A DNA stretch of 62,758 bases, filler included, from Nemertoderma westbladi (GCA_032718475.1; 3 parts of 3 records of this genome joined end to end with filler, not necessarily neighbours in it), one strand, 5' to 3'; numbered from the whole stretch's first letter, positions 1 through 13,800 are shown. Made by a program: numbers and translations. The notes: generated by a model from the letters alone, not told the origin.

Positions 1-353
1 ATACAACCAGTATATAAAAGACAAATTAAGGGGTTTTGCCAGGTTGTTGTTTCTTATTTGCCGGATTCTGACAGCTTGTTATTTTTGATTTAAGGGGTTT
101 TGCCAGGTGGACAGAATGTCATATACTTGAATTTATGGTGTTTTGCAAGTCAATTATTAACTTGGGGGGTTCTGCCTCGAAGTGGGCATAAGTTATAGGA
201 CGGGGAACTGACTTTGGCTTATAACTCAAAAATAGCTGGTAGAAAAGCTTCAGGTTTCTGCCAGATGAAATAGCTGATATCGAATTACCCAAAAAGTCAA
301 AAACATGAAAATCGAAAAAAATCGACTTAGGGGGTTCTGCCTTGAAGGTGACG
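1..353. repeat. Probable right end of a non-autonomous DNA transposon with repeated subterminal motifs
   Basis: Motif GGGGTT(T/C)TGCC recurs at about 30, 94, 165 and 330; the other end lies outside the window or is lost. Confidence 0.35.
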
Positions 354-702
354 AGGGTAGTGGTTTATGTAATAGTAGTTAGTACAGAAATTGACAGTCT
401 AGTATTAGCATAGGGCCTATACAGATGTAGGTTAGGAAGTGATAAAATTTAAATTTCAGTTTATTTTTCTGATTGATTAGCAGGTAGACCAGTGTAGTAT
501 AGTTTGGTTTGTTTGGTTCTCTGATGATGGCCCTAGAGGCAGAAAAATATTAGATTCCATATTGAGATGATGTTTTAGAAACGATGGTAGACCCCGAGTC
601 AGACCCATTTGTAATGTCATAGATTCTTTTGTTCACGAGATATCATGTGTGAAGTACGGGTAGTCTCTAATGTTGCCACATTTTGCCATATTTTCCCATG
701 AA

Positions 703-1268
703 TGATTCTTTAGCGAGCAACTAAATTATAGTCACATAATAGATTCTGCAATGAGTATAATGTCAAGACTTGCTATATGCACTAAAACAGGGGTGCTGAA
801 TTCAAAAATAACCTCTAAAATATCTTGTTGACACAAAAAAGTTGACACAAATGTGATTTCTTAGCAAATTTTTATTTCTTCATTTTTCTTTCATTGATAC
901 TTTAAATATAATATATATAAATAATTATAATTAGTATGTGTAGGAAAGCTAGAAGTAACCTATTAATGTAATTCTGTAACTATGGAATATACTATAGATT
1001 TAGGGAGCGGTGTTAGAGACAATCTCATTAAGATGATTTAACATTATATGCTCTTATATAGAGTATACTGCAAGTATTCTATAATGTTCAGCGAAAGAAA
1101 AATGATGAAGTATAAATTTGCCAAGAAAATCATATTTGTGTCAACTTTAAGATGTTTAGAGGTTATTTTTGAATTCAGCACCCCTGTTTTAGTGCATATA
1201 GCAAAGTGCATTCTACTCATTGCAGAATCCATTAAGTGACTATAATTTAGTTGTTCGCTAAAGAATCA
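703..1268. mobile_element. Foldback/MITE-like element with ~190-bp imperfect inverted arms
   Basis: 703-897 (TGATTCTTTAGCGAGCAACTAAATTATAGTCAC...) is the reverse complement of 1087-1268 (...GTGACTATAATTTAGTTGTTCGCTAAAGAATCA); AT-rich spacer; no clear TSD. Confidence 0.7.
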
Positions 1269-1270
1269 AA

Positions 1271-2227
1271 GTGCGATATTTCTGCCTGTGGGAAACAACA
1301 TTTTACCCGATCGGGGATTTTAAAAATCGTCTCAAGGCGTTATCTGACAAAGATTCCGAGATAGTAGCAAGGCAATACCATGATGCAGGACATTACTCTT
1401 TAAACAAAACTCGTGCGGCAATTTTAAATGACGGCCTATGGTTCCCAAAAATGAGATCCACACTACGATCAATTCAAGATGATTGTATAGAGTGTCGCAC
1501 AAAGAAGTCGTACACAAAAAATCCCCCAAAAGGAGAACTACCAAACCTAAAAACTTGTGCTATTGGGGAGATTGTCTCTATTGACATTGTTGGACCCTTA
1601 CCAACAACAAGATTAGGATTTCGTTACATCTTGTCGATGATAGATATGGCGTCACGTTACCTGGAAGCGGTACCAATGAAAATGATTACAGTGCAAATAA
1701 CTGCAGACGCCTTTCAGAAAGGATGGGTATTTAGACATGGTCCTCCACGACGAATCCACACCGACAACGGTTCCCAATTTCGATCTGCATTGTTTAATAA
1801 TATTCTGGAAACTGCCTTTTGCAATTATGAAATTGATCATACATATTCATTGCCATACTATCCTCAAGGCAATGGAGTTATTGAAAGAATACACCGTACT
1901 TTAAAAGATCGCATTCGATGCATGTCTGGGGATTGGCAATCGAACTTATCGGAAGCTGTTTATAATATAAATCGCCATGTTCATGATGGTATAGAGTGTT
2001 CGCCATTTTTCGCACTCTATGGGTATAATGTCCCACCAGCCACTTACCCAGCAATGCTTAAAGAAAACCCATCCATCATGCAATCGTTAGCTCCTCCTAT
2101 CCCACCACCACAACGATCAACGTTTGGCTCCAAATTTCACCCACCTCATCGAGTTGTAGCAAAATTTTCTCCGCAGGTTGTTCGCCTAGATCAATATGGA
2201 ACTGTGAATATAAGAAAATGTACTTAG
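1271..2227 (+). pseudogene. 5'-truncated Gypsy-type integrase (H2C2 zinc finger + rve core)
   Basis: YHDAGH...CIEC zinc finger, SIDIVGPLP, IHTDNGSQF, PQGNGVIER; no RT/RNase H upstream. Confidence 0.85.
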
Positions 2228-2297
2228 TTCAATATTATTGACTCCATTTAGCGCGATTCTAATTTAGATTCATATTTTTGATGTTGTTGAATTTTGT

Positions 2298-2490
2298 AAG
2301 GGGGATATGTGATATAAATGTTTAATGTATTTTATTGAGATACCGGAAGTATCCCAGATAATCAGTTTGACCTTTGCAATATGCACGGTGAAGGGATTGA
2401 TCTATATTAGATAGTAGGTAAGGCATTGCAAGGGGGGTTTTATATATTCATTTGTCGTTTGTTTGATTAAAGTTTTGAGTTAATATTTAA
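2298..2490 (+). mobile_element. Polypurine tract and start of 3' LTR of the Gypsy remnant
   Basis: AAGGGGGATA (2298-2307) followed by TGT at 2308, 80 bp after the integrase stop; ATTAAA near 2466; LTR end not found. Confidence 0.6.
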
Positions 2491-3047
2491 TTGTGATTTC
2501 CCTGTTTTAATATATTTAAGTAATCTTTTTTCGCCTGAAGATTCTCTAACTCTAGTTGGGCTGTCGCTTCAGATGCCCTCCGTTCTGCTTCTGCCACTGC
2601 CGCTGCCGCTGCCGCTTTTCTTTCAGCCTCTGCCGCTGCCGCTTTTCTTTCAGCTTCTTCCGCTGCCGCTGCCGCTGCCGCTGCCGCCTTTCTTTCAGAT
2701 TCTGCCGCTGCCGCTGCCACTTTTCTTTCAGATTCTGCCACTGCCACTGCTTCTTTTCTTTCAGCTTCTGCCGCTGCGGCTAACTTTCGGTCTTCTATTT
2801 GCCTTTTCTTTATTTGTTCTTCTTGGTCCATTGTGATGAGGATGCTTTCATCAAATTTAGCCTGCTCCGCAGCTAATATTTCTGCATCTAAAGAGTCCAA
2901 CACGAATTTGGCTCCCTCACTATTGGGGTGAAGTCCAGCTAGCCATCTCCTTAGCTCTTTGTCACCTATAAATCGTTGATAATCCGACAGATAGATGTCA
3001 ATAGCATCCTTCTTCTTAGGTCTTTCGGATACCGCCTTGCCTTCCAC
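2487..3047 (-). pseudogene. BEL/Pao gag N-terminal fragment with Ala/Glu-rich repeats
   Basis: Clearly homologous to the N-terminal ~170 aa of ORF 27000-30212; ends before the DUF1759-like region. Confidence 0.8.
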
Positions 3048-3228
3048 ATGAGAAAAGGTTGTATCTGTTGACTCGTTCAGTTAGCTGAACCCTCCATTGT
3101 GTTGTTCCCTGGACTTTAACATTCACTCGCTGGAACCAAGTCTTCACAGCCACTTGCAACGACGTGTCTTGACTTCTCTTCGAGGCCTCTTCAAAGGTTG
3201 AAAGGATTTATCTGATCCTCAAGATACA

Positions 3229-3802
3229 TTATCTCACTTGGTAAAGCAGCTCTCCCTGCTCTTGAGGTCCGTTAGGTTGTTGAAATAATTGAATTTCTAT
3301 TCTTTCCAGGGAGTTGAAGAATCCCTGGACATATCGTGCCGCTGACCTCATCCATACAGCGGGATCTCTGGTGTCCCTCACTACCCCCATTTGGTATAAG
3401 TCTTTCCAGGCAGCTTCCGATAAGTTAAATGGGAGTCCGGGTCCGGGGAAGTTCCATTGAGTCTCTACAATAGACCTTAGTTCTTCCATCTGGTATCCTG
3501 CATAACTGTCCCTGGTCGATCTCTTATTTCTCATCCAATCCGTTTGATGTTCTTCCACAGCTATAAGTACTCTAGTGAGTACGGCTCCAGGAAGAATTAG
3601 AACTGGGTCTGGATAAACCGCTTCTTCTATCCTTGCTCCGATCTCGGGTGTTAACTCTTCGGTGTCGGAACTAGAGTTGCTACGCAGTTGGGAAATAATT
3701 TCTCGGTTCGGGTGCTGTTGTTGTTTAGCAGCTGTCTCTTGGTCTCGCTTAATTTGAGCCCTAGTGCCTATAATAGACCTATGGTGCTTTACTAGCTTAA
3801 GG
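3229..3802 (-). pseudogene. Unidentified ORF segment within BEL copy A, absent from copy B
   Basis: Open frame LKLVKHHR...LYQVR; the listed ORF's first ~54 aa are read from the inserted transposon end; joins 7942-8142 after removing the insertion, with a frameshift. Confidence 0.45.
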
Positions 3803-6800
3803 TAGGGGTAGGCTATAAGGCAGAGAAACAAGTGACTGTCTTCAAATTGAGAAGAGTCGTGGCTCATTTGAACCAGTTCATTGAGCTGGTCATTATGACA
3901 TATTATATGACACATTTCATGCTGAATTGAGGAATTGCTAGCATCTTGAAGTTTTCGTTCCACCGATGTGTGTTTTCTAAAATTTTCTTATCTACCGCTA
4001 TCCAATTGTAATTTCTTTGTACTGTATTTGAAATATATAGATAAATAATGAAGATTATTGTTTGCACCCTATATATCATATCATGGTGCTGCTCTAATTT
4101 ATATTAATTCAAATTAATAAAATGACAAAAACAATGCACTGATCACAGGCCAGTTGCTAAGTTCAAATATATTGGAGCGGCCCTTAATATTCCAGTTACC
4201 GACAACATTACAAGGGAGAATTTGTACATGTTGAACAGTTTGTATATCCACTTTATTTGGGTGTTTCCATCTGAAAGAGTCTGAAGGTTCTGCAGAACAT
4301 CTGCATAAGTGTTCCATTTCAAATGTGCCATCATTATTTAAACCCAGACAAATTGCAACAAACCAATTGCGTCCAATTGGCTCATCCCAAATAACAATCT
4401 TCATGTCATTTATCTGTACTTCTCCTTCTGGATCAGTATCAGGCACAGGTTGAGGAACTGCTGCATCCGAATGTAAGTCTGTATCAAGCTGGTTGATGCC
4501 ACTGAACAAGGCTATCAAATCTTCTTCATAGAGAATTGGGTATTCTTCATCGTTGGGTTCATCTGGGTCATTTGCGATGATTATTGCTAAGTGCGCTTTC
4601 ATTTCAGTGATGGATATTTGGTTCAACTTGTAGAGTCTTGGCCTTTGTTGATAATCATTAGGGGAGGAATGTCTTCGGTATGAGATCTCAGTCCTCAATA
4701 CAGTTTTTAATTGTTCATCATTGTTCTTATATTTCAATATACAATTCTCGAGTTCCTCAATATAGGTAAAAGGACCACCCCAAGATTTACATCGACGTAA
4801 CTGGTTGGTAGCATATTCAATAGTAGTTCTCTCTTTATTTTTTGCTTCTAGAAGTTTTTCTTTACGAACATAATCTTGATCCTTTATCCAAGCCTTTTCA
4901 CGATCATCGAGAACCTGTAATTGAATGAAAAATATAAGAATATTGGAAATGTTTTTAAGGTATAATGTACTTCATAGACGTAAGCTACAGGTGCTGTAGA
5001 CAAGTTGGATCATACATGCATATATATATATATGTCTTTACAATGGCTAATGCAAGAAGTAATCTTAATAATAATAACACTCACCCTTGCAATATGTTTA
5101 GTGGCTCTTTCAACTCCGGTTATTGAAGATGCCTTGAATAAAGTCATTTCATCTTTTATTCCCTTTGCAGTGAAGTGTCGTGAGGAGCAACTAGCAGATC
5201 TTTTGCAGAGTCGATCAAACTGAGCAAGGTCCCGCTCTGCCTCTAAGTTGTTTACTGAAAGTCCATCTAACTCTGATGGAGATAAATCACTAAGCACTGT
5301 TGCTCTCGGCTGTCGATATGGTTCTGAGAAACCATATTCTCTACCACATTGAGTTTGCAGATCTTTTGCTGCTTGTTGGCAAAACAGGTTTATAAAGAGT
5401 AGAACCAGATCATTAGGCTTCTTGATGATGAATGAATAGTCAACCATGTAGTTTATGAGAGTGTCCATGTTGCAAGCTTTTAAATCTTTATACAGTTTGG
5501 GCAGGAACTGCACCAAGTCGTTCTGTGTTGAGTTTTCAACCATATTCAAGAAGGGCATTGTCACCTTCATTGTGAACAATGCCAAGCTTAGCAATTCTGC
5601 TTCAATCAATGGGTTCTCTACATAAAGCTTACAAGTCTGAACCAGGAAATTCTTTCGTGTAGTATTATTCAACAACTCACGGATATCATCAAGATGGTAA
5701 ATAATTGCAGCTGCTGTATATCCTAGCTTTGCAAATCTTCTTTCAGTATAGATACTGAACTTCTTTGAACGATTACTTTGGACAAGCTGAAGATCAAATT
5801 CCTCCCACAAAGATGATTGGTGACCATCATTTGTCACAAGTTTCTGGATGGCTACTATGACAGCTAATGCAACACTTTTGTTTTCTGGGAGGAAGGATTT
5901 TAGTACTGGAAGCCGAGATAACAAAGCCTGCTTCAGATTCGCCTTGTTCTCGAGCTCTAAAAGAACTTTTAAGTTTCCTCGATCAAAAACCTCACATGTA
6001 TGTGAAACACACAGCAATTGTAATGGTATATGATGTGTAAGCAATGTTTGTGCAACCATCTCTGCAACATTCAAATTTTTGGAGACACTGTCTGTCATTA
6101 GGGCATTCATTTTTTTCCATAGAGCTACTGCAGTTGACTCTCCTGCAATTGCCAAGCGATTAAGAACTTCAACAAGCAGTGTTGTAATTGATTCTCTTGT
6201 TTCCCGACCCAGAGTATGCGGACAAACTCTAAATGATTTCCCATTAGATAGTTTCATTATGACTGCGGGCCAGTCTCCTTCAATTCGTCTCCTTTTTGTT
6301 GTATCAAAGTGTAGTGTGATTTTGTCACCCTCTGAAGCATCAAGAATTCCAAGAGCTGCATTTCTCTCCTCCTGAATTGCCAACAAGTGTTTTTGGTTAT
6401 CAATTACTCTTATACTGGGTAGCACATTGGCATACCGCAAATAATCAGATGCTTTGCGTGGAAGCGATTTTTCGGGCTCAAGTCCAGGCTCATGATCACC
6501 TTCATTTGATCCATCATCTGCAGTCAGCTGGTATCTATGGCCAAATATAATTTCTGTTGTAGCTTGAAAAGCACGGCGACTTTGTTCAATAGTAATGGCT
6601 GCCCTAGCACATGCAGCAGCCAAACCTGTCTTTACACTGGGAAGGAAGTTTCGAAACCCCGATCTCAACTGGAACATGGATGGGTTCAGTACATAATCAG
6701 TTTGTGTATAGGCATTTATGGTAGGTTTACTATCACGTACTAAACCAGAACGATTGAGTGATTGGTCAAGTCTGACATTGCTCAATATGGGACTACTCAA

Positions 6801-7934
6801 AACTAAATCCTCTTCATCGAATTCTTCAGCTTCCATTTCAGCTGCTGCCTGCTTAGCAATAGCTTCTGCTGCACGTTTCTCTTCATATTCTTTGTCTAAC
6901 TTGTCACTCAATGCCATTCGACGGGGCCCCATCTGATCAAAATAAAATTCTCGTTCTGGTCCATCAAATTTTTCAGGATCTACATTTTTACCTAGCAGAT
7001 CTAAGAGCTTTTTGTGGTCCCCTTTCCAAATTGTAAGATTTTGCCTCCTTGAACCAGTTTTCTTGCACTGAACCTGAGTTCGATATGTTTTCAAAAATCC
7101 ATCCAACTTGTATCTGATGTTCCGGATAGTCATGACTGTCCCTTCACCAAAGGCCTTTTGCCACTGGAGATTCAGAGCCTTTGCACAGTTCAATATATAA
7201 TCATGCTGCTTTTGACTCCCATACGTTGGGGCATGTTCTATAATAGCCATAACACAATCTGACACCATTGGTAAATAGTCACCAAAGACAAAGAGAATCA
7301 CATCCGGCATGGTTAGAATTACAAAGCAATTGATACATCCGGTTCGAGCCGGTATTCCTGTTTTAATCTTTAAGGGTATATTAGCTTTTAATATTTAATA
7401 TGTAAAAATTACAAAGATAGGCCTACATAAAGCAGTACACTAGCTATATACTTATGTTCTACTAAACAGAAACAGCTGAAAAGAAACAGCTGTTGAAACC
7501 GTACCATCTACACCGGGAGCTACAATGGGTTCTTAGAAATGTTACCTACACAAAGAAATTACTTAAATTACCAGCCGAGGTGGGATCTTAACAATTTCAG
7601 CTATAAAACATGATCCAGCTTTAAAAGTACTGAGAATTGGAGCATGGGACCCGTCTCTACCCCCACTAAGTCGATAATTGCGGATCGAATGAGATCAAAA
7701 TGAGGTGCATAGTGTTACTGGAAGTTTGCATTATCTCTTTCGTGGAAAAGGCATTAGTCGCAAAGAGTGTGAAAGTTAGCGGAGCGGTCTCCGGAACTTC
7801 AAATTGATGGCAAGTCCTGAATGTGGAACCAACTGGGGTGTTTTATAGCTTAAAATGCTCAGCTCATCATGCCAGTTTGAAAAAGTTACGACTCAGGAGG
7901 ACTTTCAATGGGTCAATTCTTTAGCCATCCCCTA
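3803..7934 (-). mobile_element. Autonomous-looking hAT-related DNA transposon, 4132 bp, 7-bp TSD
   Basis: Ends TAGGGGTAGGCTA (3803) and TAGCCATCCCCTA (7934) are imperfect inverted repeats; CTTAAGG at 3796-3802 and 7935-7941. Confidence 0.85.
4114..7310 (-). CDS. Two-exon DDE transposase, ~1008 aa (exons 7310-5085 and 4914-4114)
   Basis: HFDTT, MTDS, CVSH (CxxH) and NNLEAER motifs; phase-0 intron 5084-4915 with AGG|GTGAGT donor and TTACAG acceptor joins ORFs 5010-7310 and 4114-4737 in frame (HIAR|VLDDREK). Confidence 0.85.
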
Positions 7935-8541
7935 CTTAAGGTCCAATACCACTACTGTAGGGATAGTAACAATGTGTTGGCAAGCTGTATTTTTCGAGGT
8001 GTTTGTTCGAGGCTGTAGGGATGACTTTTCTTATAGTAGGAGGGGACTTGGACTTCGGTCTGAGATGTTCTATACTTTGATCTGGGTCACAGATCGTTCT
8101 TTCCAGGAGACTATCTGACAGTGTTTGTTTTGTGTCAGACATAATTTATTTTACAGTTGAAAGCCTACTACTATAATGACAGGTAAAGCAAGCCTAGGGT
8201 AAATCAGTATCAACTGGCAGTCTAATAGTTACCGATATCGCTACTCAATGTAACATGGTATATATTTAATATTAGAATACCGGTATACACCCATAGTATA
8301 TATATCAGTATTATTACAGACTAGGATCAGTCACAGAATACCGGTATATAAGTTTAGCCTAATTTATATAAATATAATAAGCTTACCGTAAATACCGGTA
8401 ATGTCAATTATTTAATAATAACTGATTTTCTGAATTTTAGGGATTGCTTCTCTTTACTTTATCACTGATATTAAGCAGTAGTTCAACTGATATTAATTAA
8501 GACCTAATTGATGTATAACAGGCCTATTATTTTATAAATCT

Positions 8542-10243
8542 CCCAGTTAAACATGAACTTATGTTTCATATGTGGTATATATATGTTGTATGGAATAGGT
8601 GTGTCAGGAAATTGGGTTTTTATGCTCATGTATGAATAATACATGTCACGCATGCGGTGGTACATACACTTAGAATGTGTGTATCGCCATTTATGGTATT
8701 TATATGTTGCACATATGAATTTATCATAAATAAATGTGTGAGAATGCGCATGTGAATAATATATGTCGAGCGTATGTGAAATAGCCATAGCCAAGACTCC
8801 GAGTTAAATTTAAATCCATAAACTATTCAATTCGTAATTGTGTAATCCAGTTCATGGATTTTATATGTTGCACACATGTTTGCCTTATGGTAATGCAGGC
8901 CTTACAGTAATACATGTACAGAAAAGAATAGCGCGGGGGGATGCGGAATTTGTTGATGTCACTCACTACTCAGCTTTTTGCATTAAGAACAAATATCGTT
9001 TTAATCAGCAGTATAATAGGTTGAATCTATATTTTTTGTTATACTGTATTTTCAAAGTACCGGCTATTTACCATATAATGTATAATCAATACATAGGCCT
9101 GCTATAAGGTTTAAATGATCTGTGAAGGCTGTATGGACACTAAATTGAAGTAACCATAGTCGATCGTCCAATTGTTTTGTTTATTGCATTTGAGGGCCGG
9201 TGGTGGGACACATTCTTAAAATGATAGGCATTTCATAGTCTGATCCTGCAATCTTTCTTCTTAACCACGTCGTGTCGCTTGCAGTTTAGCTAGTGAATCG
9301 CAAATTATTTTATATTTTACCCATAACAGCATAATGCGTTGCATAAGCCTACCGCTTATCATAGGCAACTCAATTGTTCAGTGATGCAGTGTGTGACTTG
9401 CCTGCTTTCTGCCTTGCACTATGCACATTGTGCTGTGCATGTGCATTGTACACTTGTGTACAGTGCTGTATTAATAGAATTAGACAAACATATGTATGGA
9501 TGTATGGTGGTTTTCACATGTCAGGTTGCGTGGTTGTGCATTGTCATCTGCGCTGCTAGGTATCAGTCAGGGACAGACAGACAGATAACATACATGCACT
9601 ATACCATCCGTAAGGTAAGCAGGCCTATTGCAGTTCTTATCCCGTTAAAAAATTTAACATATGTTTCATATGTGGTATATATATGTTGTATGGAAAAGAT
9701 GTCTTAAAATTAGATATAAAATATCATATAAGCAATTATATGACCTTAGAATTAATTGATTTTCGAAGATTTATCAAATGAATAATCTATTATAGCTGGA
9801 AATTAGATAACTTAATTAAATTTAACTAATAGAATACGAATTTACAGATCATCACCAAAATCTATTAAGGATACTCTCATATCACTATGGATTAAATATT
9901 TTCATATATACTCCGATGCTTCCTTCTCTAAATGTATAGGGTAGGTGTAGGGCCGTAGGATAGGATGTAGGGATTGGATAGGATAAGGTACTGAGGTAGG
10001 CTACCCCCCCCCCCCGCCCCACCTCTCTATAGGAAATGCAGACCCACACCAGTGATTGGTCGGTCTCAGTTTAAATTTTTACTCTTTTTGTCGCACTTGT
10101 CACATAAAAAACATATGTGTTTCACATGTGAACATTCCACATATGGATCACATTTGACAACACTGTAACATTTACATATATGTATCACATGTCGAATTAT
10201 TTATGGCAACCATATATGAAACACATACTCATGTTTAACTGGG
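8542..10243. mobile_element. Non-autonomous CCC-ended (EnSpm/CACTA-like) DNA transposon, 2-bp TSD
   Basis: TIRs CCCAGTTAAACATGA / TCATGTTTAACTGGG; CT on both sides; absent at the matching site of copy B (~30734); no convincing ORF. Confidence 0.75.
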
Positions 10244-10502
10244 CTGATTGAGTTGATTTATAAATAAATATATATATATATATACCTGTAATGGGTTTTG
10301 ACAATATTTGAAATAAATGTTATTATTTCTTGTAAGGAGTCACTACACAAGGGCTGAACGCTCTCAGTGGAGTGCTACTTGATAGACACTAATACTGATA
10401 ATTCTACTTAACTAAGTTACTTATCACTACAAATTACTAACGAATCGGGTTGAGATCACACAATTTTTTAGAATAATTTAACACGAAATTTACGAACCAG
10501 AC

Positions 10503-10783
10503 TGTAGTGATATGGAATAACTCAAGGGTGAGCGTGAGGCTATATCATATCAGTATATTATGTATCAATATGTCTGACAGTGCAGTGCAGAAGTGTACAG
10601 GTGTAGGCTTTAGGAAGCCGAAGTGCAGTACTACAGAAGTACTGATGATCAGCTGATCTGCCGATATCACTAGGCAACCAACGTAATCAGGGTACATCAT
10701 AAATGTAACTTAATAATAACCAGCCACCAAATATATGTAAAATAATATATATATAAGAGTGTGAACCACTGGATGTCACTACA
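10503..10783 (-). repeat. 3' LTR of Gypsy element
   Basis: No differences seen by eye from 14866-15146. Confidence 0.95.
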
Positions 10784-10825
10784 CCCCCCTTCTAGCTCGT
10801 TATGAGTTATAGTCGCTGTGGGGGT

Positions 10826-13800
10826 TTATGTTGCGACGGCCTCGACGACCATCCCCTTTCGGTCCCAGCGTTTGGAGTGGGGGTCTTGTATCACGACGTG
10901 GTCATGAACTGCGAGGGGCGGGAGGCTGTGGGCCGCTTTGTTATAGTCGGCAATGCGTTGCGCACGTAGTGGTGGAAGCACTTCATCGAGTCGGCGCCGT
11001 GTGGCCTGGTGGTCCGCCGCAAATGCACTGTGGTGTGCGGGGACGCGAGTACGGAGGGGGTGGCCGTACACTACTTGAGCGGGAGACAGACCGCTCTCCC
11101 GTGGGCTGTTCCTGAGTGAGAGTAGACCCTCGGCAAAGGCCTCGGAGGTGTGAGAGCCGCCTACTTTATCTAGAAGGCTCTTGAGGGACTTTACAGTTGC
11201 CTCCGCGTGCCCATTACCCTGCGGGTATTCTGCGGAGGAGGTAACTGGGATAACACCCCATTCGTTAAGAAATGTTTTTGTCGCTGTGGCGGTGAGTGGG
11301 GTGCCGCCATCCGAGCGGAGTCGGGTTGGTATACCATACCGGGTAAACCATTGTTTTAGCGCCGCAATAGTCTGTAGAGCGGTTGGGGGACCCGGGAAGT
11401 TGTGAAGGTCGGGCCAGCCGCTGTAACGATCGGCGAGGGCGACGTAGTGCCGGCCATTTAGGCTGAAAAAGTCCGCGGATATGTCTTCGAATATCCGTGT
11501 TGGGAGAGGTTCCTGGAGGAAGGGTTCCTTCGGTGGGGTCGATCGGTGGCGAAGACACGACGGACAGCTGGCGACGGATGTCCGAATGTCATTGGTGAGG
11601 CCCGGCCAGTACACGCACTGTCGGGCTCGCCGAAGGGATTTGTCAACCCCTTGATGGGGAGTGTGGAGGCGTTCCAACGTGATGGCTCGGGCCGCCTGGG
11701 GGATGACGAGGCGTTGACCATAAAGTACCAGGTCGCCATCTGTTGATAGGGAGTCCCGGAGGGACCAGTAGGCACCAACCGCGGGGTCGCTACGTGAACT
11801 GGGGGGGAAACCGTGCTGGACAGCGGTATGTAGAGAACGGTAAGCCTCGTCTTCCCTAGCAGTGTTGGATAGCTCCTTGAGGACCGGGTCCTCGAGGTGA
11901 TCCTCGCCGGAAATCGCGGAGACGTTGGCGAGTGTAACAGAGCGCAGATTGTAGGCAATCTCGCCATCGTCGACGAGGTCGGCTGCGGTCGGTTGGTCGA
12001 CGGGTGACCGGGAAAGCGCGTCTGGGATTGCGTGGTCTTTCCCGCGGCACCAAGTTGTGGTAAATATATACGGGGACAACTTTGACTTCAGCCGCTGGAT
12101 CCGAGTGTTGTCAACCTCAGAGTGCCCCTTGCGGTTGAGGATGGTGACCAGTGGTTGATGGTCGGTAACGAGCGTGAAGCTAGGGAGCCCAAGGAGGAAA
12201 GTACGACACTTTGTGGCGGCCCAGACGACTGCAAGGAGTTCGAGCTCTATTGTTGCGTAGCGCGATTCCGTATCGGAAGTGAATCTGGAGCCACATTCAA
12301 CGAGCTTCCACTCGACACCGTGGCGTTGGAGAAGGGCGTAGCCGAGCCCTTTGAGGCGAGAAGCGTCGGTCACAAGTCGGGTGTCGAGGGAGACATCAAA
12401 GGGAGCCAGTACTGGGGTTGTTGTGAGGGCGCATTTAGTGGCGTCGAAGGCCCGCTGATGGTCGCTGGTCCAGATGTACGGCGACTTGATACTCAGGAGA
12501 GGTCGCAGTGGAAGGAGTAACTCGGCGATGGAGGTGGAGAAAGGAGCTAATTGTTCCACCAAACCGACGAAACTCCGAAGGTCGGTGAGAGTTTCCGGTC
12601 GGGGGAAGGACGCGATCGCAGAAAGTTTAGCGGGGTCAGCGCGGATGCCATCCGAGCCGACGAGGAAGCCGCCAAACTTCACCTCCGATTTCGCGAGTTG
12701 TACCTTGCCAGGGTGGAGGCAGATACCAGTCGATCTGCAGCGCTCGAGAAAGCGTTGGATGCTACAGATGTGTTCCTCGAGAGTATTATCGTATAGGAGG
12801 ACATCGTCCACGATCTTAAGCATTCGTGGGATACCTCGGAGTGCGTCATCGCCCCGGCGGTTGAATTCGTCGCCGGAAGAAATAAGCCCCATCACACTGC
12901 GTGTGTGTTTATATCGCCCCCATGGAGTAATGAAGGTGGTTAGGAGCTGAGATTCAGCGTCTAGGGGTACCTGCCAATACCCATGGGAGGCGTCGAACAC
13001 TGAAAAGTATCGAGCAGTGGGGGAAATTTCTGCAACCGCGACTCGTGGATTGGGTGTGGGGTAGAATGGCCGTTTAACCTGGTAGTTAAGATGGCGCAAA
13101 TCCACACATAGACGAAGTTTACCGCTGGGTTTCCGGGTAACTGTGAGCGGGTGGGCCCACTCGGTGGGTTCATCCACACGCTGTATGACGTCGCGGCGTT
13201 CCAAGTCGTCAAGGAGGGTTTTTACCTCGTCCCGAAGAGCAAACGGAATCGGACGAGCGCCGTTGGCATGGTAGGGCTGGGCGCCCTCCTTGAGTTCTAT
13301 ATGCATGGGGGGACCAGTAATGGTTGACAGAGGGGCGGCCTCGTCGTCGAAAACATCCCCGTAACGGTCGAGAATAGCGCTAGGGCTGTCGGAACCTGAA
13401 CGACAGGGATCAGGTTCTAGAACTGCGACCGGTACAGGGGTCCCAGTTGAGGTTGCGGAGACGGCTATGGGATATGGGAAACTCAGGGGGAGGATCCCAA
13501 GATCTAAGCAAACGGATTTGCTTAGAATTAAACCCTCCGTCTCCGGAGAGAGAATGACTTCGGTAGTTGCAGTGTTGCCACCGGAAGTAATAGAAGCAGG
13601 TAGACGGCCGCGAGTTTGAAGGGGAAGACCATCCGCGGCGACCAAATCCAGATTCATCGATGGGAGTAGATCCGCATGGAGGCCTCCGAGCTTGTAGAAG
13701 AGGTCTTCGCTTAGGATGGTCGCTGCTGCGCCGCTGTCGGGGTGCGCACGGTGTACCTTTCCCAGATAGATACCGGTACCGGACAGGGTGAGATCCACCG

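Noticed and set aside
1271-2227. Integrase as part of the Maverick or a Ginger transposon
   Set aside because: Followed by a PPT and TGT LTR start, which points to Gypsy; 40 kb and two gaps from the capsid module
2556-2836. Cys/Arg-rich and Leu-Pro repeat ORFs (also 29721-29996)
   Set aside because: Antisense shadows of the Ala-rich gag repeats
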